The translations under genes and the position numbers were made by a program. Positions 27,795-38,300 of a stretch of DNA of 64,000 bases are shown here, in pieces (position 1 is the first letter of the stretch; each line of letters starts with the position of its first letter). Below the pieces are notes generated by a model that worked only from the letters and a program-made list of their open reading frames with translations, ran no database searches and was not told the DNA's origin. Source of the stretch: Octopus bimaculoides (lineage: Eukaryota); contig NC_069002.1 in NCBI RefSeq assembly GCF_001194135.2, positions 12,831,202 to 12,895,201 on the forward strand, given 5' to 3'.

Positions 27795-28311
27795 CTACTG
27801 AGGTTGTATACTGTGACCATTGTAACAGAAAAGGTTCAAAGAAATCAATGTTCCAGTTTTGAAGCCTTGAATTGTTTCTTGAGGGTTTACTTCTGCTTGG
27901 CATGTTGGACATGACACTAAAGACACCAATGTCTTCAGGCAGTTGCAGCTGATTGGTACATGTTTCTTATCTTCTGTCTTTCTAGAGAAATCTATTGGTA
28001 CTGAGAAAACATTATGGATTTTGATGTTTTTTTCTTCAAGAACTGAGAGACTGGTGGAATGATTGACAAAATCTTTCTGTGCTGGTTCACTTTCAGAATA
28101 AGGTGTGAGTTCAGATGATAAAAGACCTGAAGATGATATTTGGTTGGTGCTTGGTTTTATGGTAACAAAATGGTTATCAGCTGGTAACAGATTTGGTGCA
28201 AAGTGTTGGTGTAATGGTGCCTCTTCTTCACAAGGTTCCTGTTTAATCTGAGCTGGTGATTGAAAACCAGAATCTCCTTGTTTATTCAGATCAAATGGGG
28301 TCTCTGACAGT
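27795..28311 (-). CDS. THAP gene terminal exon (LSETPF...IKQEP...CPTC...CYNGHSIQPQ*)
   Basis: Long non-repetitive ORF with TAG at 27797-27795; the in-frame phase-2 acceptor is ctaag at 28312. Confidence 0.75.
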
Positions 28312-31300
28312 CTTAGCAAAGGCTATAAAATAAAAGTATAATAAATAAAAATATAATAAATATATACCATTAATATATTATTGAAAGTTTACATTTAAAC
28401 TTTAAAATGAACAAAGAAAGTCACAATTTTCCATTTGTAATGATTAAAAAAAGAAAATCATCTTCTTTATACATGTATCCTCATTTATAACTGATTTATT
28501 TAGCACTCATTCAGGATAACATGGCATGTTCAGCTATAAACCATGTTATGCTTAGCATGGCTTGATCTCTGATTCTGCATGTACCACAAATTCGTGCCTC
28601 AGTCACCAGCCACAATGTGCTGAATTTTGCTCGTGTTTGTATGACTGTGGTATGAGGCAGTATATTTTTTACATGGATTTACATACTGTTGCTCATCAAC
28701 ATGGGACCAGCGAACACAAAAATAGGTAGGAAGGAAGGAAGTATGTATCTATATATGCATGCATGTATGCATGGATGTATGCATGCATGTATGTATGCAT
28801 CATCATCGTTTAACGTCCGCTTTCCATGCTAGCATGGGTTGGACGATTTGACTGAGGACTGGCGAAACCAGACGGCTACACCAGGCTCCAGTCTGATTTG
28901 GCAGAGTTTCTACAGCTGGATGCCCTTCCTAACGCCAACCACTCCGAGAGTGTAGTGGGTGCTTTTACATGCCACCGGCACGAAGGCCAGTCAGGAGGTA
29001 CTGGCAATGGCCACGCTCAAAATGGTGTATTTTAGCGTCACCTGCACAGGAGCCANNNNNNNNNNGATTTGGCAGAGTTTCTACAGCTGGATGCCCTTCC
29101 TAACGCCAACCACTCCGAGAGTGTAGTGGGTGCTTTTACATGCCACCGGCACGAAGGCCAGTCAGGAGGTACTGGCAATGGCCACGCTCAAAATGGTGTA
29201 TTTTAGCGTCACCTGCACAGGAGCCAGTCCAGCGGCACTGGCACAATCTCGCTCGAATGTTTTTACACGTGCCAGGAAGGTGACGCTGGGCACAGGTGAC
29301 ATCACGATTTTGCTTGCCCCAACAGGTCTTCACAAGCTGAGTTTCGTATTGCATGTATGTATGCATGTATGTATGTATGCATATGAGTATGTGTATGTTT
29401 ATATCTCTTTGCCTTCACATCATGTGATAGTTGTAAAATGCTTATCTGTTATACAAACAGTGTCATTCATTTCCAATACTCTGTGAGAACATGTCTGGCC
29501 ATGGGGAAATATTATCTTGCTTGGAAACAGGTGAGGGTTGGTGACAGGAAGAGCACCAGACTGTAGAAAATTTACCTTAATAAACTTCATCCAACCAATG
29601 CAGGCATGGAAAAATGGACATGAAAACGGTTATGATAATGATGATGTGCATTGTAGAGTTGGATTGTAAGGCTGACAGCAAATGTGGAGACACTTTCAGT
29701 AGGATTACCACTTGTAGAACCATTATGGTTGAGAAGTGGAGGAATGGAGGTTTCTGCAAAGTTGGTAAAAATTCTTTAGGCAAAAGACCAAAAGGATTGT
29801 ATGTAGTTTGGGTGGTTTGAGAATTTGTGGGCTGATCAAATACTTTTACAGTTTGAAACAGAAAATATTGTCTAACTGTTAACCATTAGTTCCTTTAACT
29901 GTTTTACTAAAGATCTAAGCTGAATGAAATAGAAAGAAGTATTTACCGGAATATGAAGTCTTGGAGTGTTGTTGTCTTTCAGTGGTTTAACCAGGTGGGA
30001 GTTAATGTTGGAATGACTAAAATGGAAATTGGAAAACAAAATTATTTAATGTTTTAACAAAATGATTTCAAATTTTGGCACAAGGCCAGTAATTTTAGGG
30101 GACGTGTTAAGTCAATTAATTGGTCACAGTAGTTGATTGGTGCTCTTTTAATCAACCCACCTTTCCCTGGCCCAGAGCATCAGGCTCACAATCACAAGAT
30201 AGTGAGTTTGATTACCAGATTGGGCTGTGTGTTGTGTTCTCAAACAAGACACTTTATTTCAGATTGCTCCTGTTCACTCAGCTGTAGAAATGAGTTGCAA
30301 CATCACTGGCGCCAAGCTGTATCAGCTTTTGCCTTTCCCTTGGATAACATCAGTGGTATGGAGAGGAGAGGCTTGTATGCATGGGTGACTGCTGGTCTTC
30401 CGTAAACAACCCTGCTCAGAATTGTGTCTTGGAGTGGAACTTTCTAGGTACAATCCCATGGCCATTCATAATCAAAGGAGTCTTTTTTTTACCTTTCCCT
30501 GAAAGGACAGATATGTTTGACCTTGGCAGGATTTGAACACAGAACATAGACAGCTGGAAGAAATGCTGCCAAACATTTTGTCAGACATATTAATGATTCT
30601 GGCAGCTCACCAGCTTAGTTTTAACACATATTTATATTTATAATATATAATACATCTCAGTAATTTTAACTCTAGTTCTTAGAAAGTTTTTTTTTTTTTG
30701 AAAATCAGGGGTGTCTGCCTTCCATGCTGGCATGGGTCGGACAGTTTGATGGGAGCTGGCCAGTCAGAATGCCTGCACCAAATTTCTGTGTCCGTTTTGG
30801 CATGGTTTTTATGGTTGGATGCCCTTCCTAATGTCAACCACTTTACAGTGGACTGGATACGTTTTATGCGGCACCAGCACCGGCAGGGTCACTAAGTAAT
30901 TTGCAAGACAAAAGCCCTTTGAGAGGGGAGGGGGAATTGGTGGAGGTTATCTTGTGTCAGATGATTAAAGGTTAGAGTGTGGCAGAGAGACAAAAACAGG
31001 CATCTTGCTGTAGAGGAGGTAGATGGTTGTCCATTCAGAGAGAGGTGGGTAGGGAGAGAGGGCAGCGAGAGAGATCAGGAATGAAAATGTATGCACATTG
31101 TATACGCTTTTCTCTTTTATTCTTTTACTTGTTTCAGTCTTTTGACTGTGGCCATACTGGAGCACCGCCTTTTAGTCGAGCAAATCGACCCCAGGATTTA
31201 TTCTTTAGAAGCCTAGTACTTATTCTATCGGTCTCTTTTGCCGAACCGCTAAGTTACGGGGACATAAACACACCAGCATCGGTTGTCAAGCGATGTTGGG

Positions 31301-34158
31301 GGGACAAACACACACACACATACACATATATATATACATATATACGACGGCTTCTTTCAGTTTCCGTCTACCAAATCCACTCACAAGGCTTTGGTCGGCC
31401 TGAGGCTATTGTAGAAGACACTTGCCCAAGATACCACGCAGTGGGACTGAACCCGGGACCATGTGGTTGGTAAGCAAGCTACTTACCACACAGCCACTCC
31501 TATGTAGAAAGGATTATGTACATGTGCATATAAGACCCTGCATATTGTACTTTAAAGGCAAAATATTTTAAGAGCCTGTATATTGTATGTACTAAGGGGA
31601 TTTTAAGGGTCAAAGATGAAAATCCCTCAGTGACTTACTTCACATGAAGGTCACTAACGATCTGGTGTTGATTTACTTCCATATTCATTTGGAATGTTTG
31701 AGGCTGTTCTCTTTTAAATTGTTCCTCTTCTTTCTGTGATACTTCATTGTTTGAAGATGATGCTGGAGTCTTTTGTCTGTAGCAGTTGCTAACATTGCTG
31801 TTACAACTGTCTTCTGTGTTTGGCTTGCAATATGGGTGGTCAATAAGTGGAGAAGGGATCTCTATCAATTAGAAAAGATTAAAACAAAAACAGTGAGAAC
31901 AAAAAAAAAAAGATGAATCAATATTTTCTCTTATTGAGAAGTATTCTGTGAAAATACGTTTTGGTAAATTAATTATTGAAAACAGTACATGTACGTGAAT
32001 GAACATAGGATATTTTAACCAACAATCAGCATACAATTACACATACATATAAACAGATACAAACATATACACACACATAAACAGGCTTCTCTCAGTTTCC
32101 AACAATCAAATTTACTCTCCAGGCTTTGATGAACCTGAACTATTTTAGAAAACATTTACCCAAAGTAACATGTGACAGGATTGAACCTGAAAACACAGGG
32201 TTGTGAAGTGAATGCCTTAACTACACAGACTTGCTTCTGTTTGTTGCTATGTTTGAGCCTTAAATGTGTTGGCATTCAGTCGGATGGAAACATAACAGCA
32301 ATGTATCATTTCATCTTTTACAATTATTATTACTATCTTATATGACTCAATAATGAGTAGGGGACGTTTTGGCATCCCCGATTTTTTGTTGACTTAATTG
32401 ACACCAGACATCTTGATGTCTTTCTCTCTCCCTTCTTCCTCTACTCGTCTTCTCTCTCTATGTGAGCATATTTCTCTTCATATGTATGAGAGGGAAAAAT
32501 AATTATACTAATTGTATTAAATTAACCCTTTAGCATTTAAGCTGGCCTTTCCAGCCCAAATATTCTCCCTATTTTATGTTGAAACTGATCAGATCCTGGC
32601 AACAAGGTAATGCAAGATTAATCCAGAACAATGGGAATAAATAAGCATTATATTTGACAGAGTAACCTGAATGCTAAAGGGTTAATAAATTGTAACGTTT
32701 CTCTCTTTCTCTTTGTCTCCCTGTCTCTCATTCTTTCTATCTGTATGTGTGTATTTCTGTGTATGTGTGCTTGCTTTCAGTGCCAAAAAAGTACAGTTGT
32801 CAAAACAGGCTGAATGTCCAGTCAGCCATGTCAAACCATCTGCATCCAAGCAGCAGCACCAAATTCCGCTTAATAATCGGGTGGTGAGAGTTGATAGTGA
32901 CATAAGCAAGATTGAGACATATGTTGATCTTACCTGTTTGTTGTTTTAAGGCAAATTGAGTGGAATCATTGTTTCTTTTTCTCTTCGTGGCCTTGTGAGA
33001 AGTTAACGAGGTCTTTAGAGAATAGTCTGGTATATTGAAAAGTGTTGGTACAGCATTCCATTTCAATCTGTTCTTTGTTACTTTGTTTGAAAACTGATCA
33101 TCTTCAAAGTGGTCAGCACATATGTGACAATTGTTATTAAGATAAAGAGGACTTTTGTCGAGAATATCATCTCTACAAGTATTCTGAACCCATCGTTGGC
33201 ACCTGAAAATAACAGGAATAAAAAAAAACAACTTGTTTTTATCATCATCATTTAACATCTGTTTTCCATGCTGGCTTGGGTTGGATGGTTTGACAGGAGC
33301 TAGCAAGATAGAGGACTGCTCCAATCTCCAATATCTGCTCTGGCGTGGTTTCAATAGATAGATGTCCTTCCTAGGGCTAAACACTTCACAGAGTGTACTG
33401 AGTACATTTCTCTTTGGTGTAGCACCAGCACTAATGAAATAACTAAGTAACTCGCAAGACAAGACATCTCAATATTAAGGTAGGTGGCTTTGTGCAAGGT
33501 GATGAAGGATAGGAACAAGTATTCTGTTGTATGGGAGATACATGGTTGTGTTGGAAGAAGAGGATGTTGGTGAAGATGTATCAGGGCGTGCCTTTAAGTT
33601 ACAGGAAGGTGAACCAAAGAGAAGTGGTATGAGTAGGTAAACAAGTTCATGGGAGTATGAGAAGCAAGTGTCAGTGTAATTAGTATTTAATCTATTTATA
33701 AGTATAAATATTCTAACCCCTAAAAAAAAAAAATAAATAAAAGCTCCAAATAAATCAGATGAGGACTATAGTTTATTGAGGGGGTGTAGATGTGATTGGA
33801 CATATGCCCTTCTTTACTGTTAATTTGAAGAACACAAAATTCTTACAAAACTACCAAAATAATTGCATATAACTCAAGAATAAAAATATCTTTTAAATAC
33901 CACAGTAATTTGTCATTGGATATTTAACAGAACTTTTAACCAATTTTTTAAGATTTTAAATGCAAGAAATTTAAAAACACACATAATTTCACATCAATTA
34001 TGTTAAATTTCTGAGTGAATTTTTCTGAAGAAATTGGTTTGATCTTACCTCTCTTTATTCTTTGGGAATCTGAAGAAAGATAAATCAGGTCGCTTGGATT
34101 GACGATTGGAGCAATTAATTGCTGAACAATGATTGTGAGATAATGAATGTGAAGTCAT
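27795..34158 (-). CDS. THAP-domain zinc-finger protein (N-terminus THAP12/PRKRIR-like), 4 coding exons, about 372 aa
   Basis: Exons 34158-34049, 33202-32934, 31861-31639, 28311-27795 join in frame (1119 nt). THAP C2CH signature CSAINC...FRFP...W...CADHF...AVPTLF. The last acceptor is uncertain. Confidence 0.88.
28797..29340 (-). mobile_element. Repeat family C (retroposon 3' end with (GAT)n tail)
   Basis: catcatcgtttaacgtccgctttccatgctagc... recurs at 11530, 15355, 45640, 47105 and inverted at 54320-54505, 57430-57610. Confidence 0.75.
31109..31500 (-). mobile_element. SINE family B copy
   Basis: Reverse complement of 39087-39447. Confidence 0.85.
31639..31861 (-). CDS. THAP gene exon (EIPSPLIDHPYC...DLHVK)
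   Basis: ttgatag / gtaagt, phase 1-2; DHxY motif (HCF-binding-like, as in other THAP proteins). Confidence 0.82.
32522..32685. mobile_element. piggyBac-type MITE copy (internally deleted)
   Basis: Same TIRs. Confidence 0.8.
32934..33202 (-). CDS. THAP gene exon (CQRWVQNTCRDD...CADHF...AVPTLFNIP...KRKR)
   Basis: tattttcag / gtaaga, phase 2-1; completes the THAP domain; NLS-like KRKR. Confidence 0.92.
34049..34158 (-). CDS. THAP gene first coding exon (MTSHSLSHNHCSAINCSNRQSKRPDLSFFRFPKNKER)
   Basis: ATG at 34158, AG|gtaaga donor; probable acceptor at 34232 within the 5'UTR. Confidence 0.9.
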
Positions 34159-34619
34159 TGTGTTATACAGTACTGGATCTGATTTCCCAAAATCCAGGAA
34201 TACTGTGTAATCTCTTGCAATATACTGGTACCCTATATTGAATAAACAAACCCTGTTTTTGAAGTTGGTTAATTTGCACACAGTGTGTTAAAAACAGTTT
34301 TTTCCTTTAGTTTTTAATAAGTAAATTGATAAAGATTAAACACAATCTATCAAATAAAATCATGTTTTTTATTTACTTTTCTTAGTTTAATTTTCGTATG
34401 ATATATTTTAAGAATTTTAAGTAAGTTAATGGTGGTCAAACAGATCCTGCATTAAAAATGTATTCATTAGAATCTGTTAAATACAGTTTACTCCTTGACT
34501 TTATATCTTAAGCAAATATCTATACTGTGTGCAGAAAACCATAAAAAAAACAGAAATCCTGGACAATTCTGATCCCCCAAATGCAAGGTGATTGCTCGAT
34601 ACTGTGCTTCAATCAACAA

Positions 34620-34853
34620 AATTGCCCGCTAAGATGGCCGCCGACAGCACAGCCAGCGGATACAGCAGTGGGTTGGTGGAGTTACCTACCTTCGTGAAAC
34701 ACTACCATTTTGCTGTGAACCAGCTGAATGACTTCCGGTGGAAATACGTGGCAAATCGCCTGCTGCTGCGCACGCATTGCGTCCTCACTATCGACTTCCG
34801 GTCCCTTGTTAGCCAAGATGTCAACGTGGAGCTTGTTCGATTTCAACCACAAA
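34620..34853. promoter_or_regulatory. Bidirectional promoter, THAP gene (-) / TMED gene (+)
   Basis: CpG-rich island in AT-rich DNA; ACTTCCGG (ETS/GABP) at 34731 and 34794; YY1-like AAGATGGCCG at 34631; NRF1-like TGCGCACGCA near 34767; minus-strand AAG|GTAGGT donor at 34689 marking a non-coding THAP exon 1. Confidence 0.7.
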
Positions 34854-34995
34854 ATGTTTTCCTTTCAGCACCTCCTGCTACTGATTTGCTGTTGGTGTTA
34901 TTTTGCGACTTTCTCAGATGCCTTATTTTTCCATATTAAGGAAACCGAAAAAAAATGCTTCATAGAAGAATTGCCGGACGAAACGATGGTTGTCG
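34854..34995 (+). CDS. TMED9: TMED exon 1 ([48 protein letters not shown])
   Basis: Signal peptide + start of GOLD domain, G|gtaagt donor at 34996; alternative in-frame ATG at 34818. Confidence 0.95.
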
Positions 34996-35076
34996 GTAAG
35001 TGACAGAATATCCTCTCCACCCACAACTGTGTACATGAAATATACATCCAAGCATATATATGCACACATACACACG

Positions 35077-35108
<32 letters not shown>

Positions 35109-35194
35109 AACATACGTTTTATCTTTATGTATGTGATATATATATATGTATATATACATATGTATAGACCTATATATACTTTATATGCATATAC

Positions 35195-35227
<33 letters not shown>

Positions 35228-35243
35228 CGTTTTATCTTTATGT

Positions 35244-35309
<66 letters not shown>

Positions 35310-38300
35310 CCTATATATATACTTTATATACATTATATGTGTATACACACATACATTACGTATATCTATATACTTTTATATGTGCATCTATTTATTAAAT
35401 GTATAAAGGTTGTGATATTTTGGAATGATTGATTAATAACTATACGCCTTTTCGATTTTACTCGTTTATTTTAGAAATGTTTCATACTTTATTTGTTCTT
35501 CCTTCTATAATCTGCCTCTATCTTTCCGTTCGCCTACATTTCCCCCTCTATTTTGTCCGCCCAGACTCTTGTCTATCAACATTGTCTGACTATATGTCTA
35601 CTCAGCTGTTTATCTATCTATCTATCTGTCTATCTTTCTATCTATACATATCCTGTCCCGATTTCCACATCACCTTCATTGAATATATACATGTATGTGT
35701 GTGTGTGTATATATAAATGTATGTATACACATACATTACGTACTATATATAGTGTATATATACATAGTCACATATATGTGTATTTGATACTGTTTGTGTG
35801 TATATGCAGTTACAAAAACAGACGTTTGTGTACCTGTCTTCGTCTTTTTTCTGTAAATTTGGAATATATACACACACTTATCTCTCCTTCTACACACTAC
35901 AAATGCATATATTACATTTTGTATGTGTATATGAACAGGTGTTTCTCCGTGTGTGTTTGTATAAAGATGATCTGAGTATTGTGTTTGTAATCAATCTGTT
36001 ACACCTGACAAAAATCCAGCTTGTCCAATTTATGTACAGAGGATAGGTTAGAAATAGAAGCCTGGTGCTTATTTTATTGCCCCCCCCCCCTTTGCCCAAC
36101 CGCCTAGTTAACAGGATGTAAACACAACGCCGGTTGTCAAAAGCACACAAACACATAGATACGACGGACTTCTTTCCGTGTCCGTCTACCAAATCCACTC
36201 AAGGCTTTGGTCAGCCCAAGGCTAAAGTAGAAGACACTTGCACGCAGTTGGACTGAACCCAGAATCATGTAGTTGGGAAGCAAACTTCTTACCACACAGC
36301 CACGTCTCTCTCTCTCTCTCTATATATATATATACACACGCATAAATGATCGGAAGTAGTTACACCTGTTGTTTAACCCTAGGTTAGCTCTGTGCCTCTT
36401 ATGATCATGTAGTTTTCCAACCGTGTCTTTATATCTAAAGACGGTATGAATTGAGGGAGATTTGGCTGCTCTTTTTAGTGATGTACATGTTTCCTACTGT
36501 TGTTGTTCATTCCCAAGGCGGCTCTGTTCCAGCAAATCAAAGGCATTCTAGCCATGATCATCCCGTCATATTTTTCAAACATTGTATTTTGGGCGACATT
36601 ATCTCACGTGTACATTTTTAAAGATGATTGTGTTATAGCAGATCCATGTCTTGTCGCTTTGTGACAATTGTTGTTGTGAGTGTTGTAGGGATTTTTTCTT
36701 GTCTCCACAAAGATAAACTCCCTCAGCAGTTGGAATCCACGAGTGTGGTTTCCATTTTCCCTTTCGGGGCCATTTCATTTCCATTTACTTCGCTAATGTC
36801 CTTCAAGGAGAAGAACCACATATGTTAACACAATTATAACCCGAAACCTTGTGGTCATGAAAAATATTTTAAATTCACTTATCCCCCCCCCCCCCATTTT
36901 ATGTTTCTCTTTTCTCTCTAGTCTGTTAGTGGATGTGTTATTTTGACAATTATTGTTCAGCTAACTCCTTGTTTTTGTTGTTATTGGGTTAAATTCAGAA
37001 TTTGAGGCAGACTGGGAATGGTCCACGTCGAGAGCATTTAGAACGTAGGGGGAGGAGGATGTGTGGGAGAATTCATTAAATTCAATTGTGAGGTCAGATG
37101 GAGAGAGGGAGGCGTTATGAGGACGGAAGGGTGGTGGTGGTGGTGGAGAGAGAAGTGAGAGCGTTTTGTGTTTTTTTTTCCGGTTGATAAAACCTTCCTC
37201 TTTTTCTGCACCATCCGCTGCTGCCATTATGTCTTGGGTTTAACAGTTTTCAGTTTATAAAAAAATAAGGTCGAGCTATTTACCCCCTACTCCCCTCCGC
37301 TTCTGCACGAATCGTTAGAATATCCGGAAAAAAAAAATAGTTTGCAATATTTGTCCTGGCTCTGCCAAGGTCAACTTTGCTTTTCTTCCCACCAGGGTCG
37401 ATAAAATAATGTACCAGTCAAGTACTGGGTGCGGAAATATAATCGACTCACCTCCTCCCACGGATATGAGGCTTCCGATGTCTCTGTCAGAAATAATTAC
37501 ATAGTTACACGTCAGCCCCCGATCCAGCAAGTCTACAATGAACAGTATTCCAGCCCAGCTGTGACAGTCTCCTCTCTTAGTCAGATATATTGCATCTAGG
37601 ATTTTATTTTCAAATATATATATATATTTTTTTGTTCCTATTTCCAGCCTCTTGTTGTCATGTTTTATAAATAGAAAGTTATTAGTTAAACAGATTTGCA
37701 ACATTAATTCCATTGAGATAAGCATTAGTAAATGTAAATTTCGGCTGCGAATTTGAATGGGGGAACATAGTCTTGGTTCAACTCCTGTTCCACAGAAACC
37801 GAAATCTACCCGTGATCCGCAAGTAACTTTCTTGGACAGATCCGGAGTTCTTCATCCTTCCGGTGCTTTACACTTCAGCGCTTTATATTTGTGTTTAACC
37901 TATGCGTTGTGGGTTCTCTATATATTAGTAAATGGAAACCCATCGGTTTCGACAACGAACAACATTCACTCCGATCAGCTGAACTTGATTTCATTGCGTG
38001 TACTTGTAACTTTTTGCCTGTTCTAACCAGTTTCATAAGTTTGTCCTAAACGTCCATACTTGTTTACAGACTTTTATAGTCAGCCCTTGTTTCATTCTGA
38101 GTAATATAAAACTTTCCTTCCGTAAGCCCCAAGTTACTCTGGTGAGTGAAAAAAAAAAAAGAAGGAATATTGGGAATGTGTATCAGATATGATGCCGGGC
38201 AAATATGGTTTGTGTATCACATAGGATACACAGCAGGAGAGACAAAAAAAAGGGTAGTATACATTTTCAGCTAGAATCAACGTGATACTATTATGATACA

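Noticed and set aside
28894-29226. Exact ~160-bp direct duplication across a 10-N gap
   Set aside because: Identical copies on either side of a small gap are most likely overlapping contig ends, not a biological tandem repeat.
34592-34939. 115-aa + ORF over the promoter
   Set aside because: Out of frame with the TMED exon 1 protein, no recognisable domain; expected in GC-rich promoter DNA.
37757-38026. Hydrophobic ORF as an alternative TMED first exon
   Set aside because: Lacks the FHI.ETEKKCF GOLD start and a suitable phase-1 donor.
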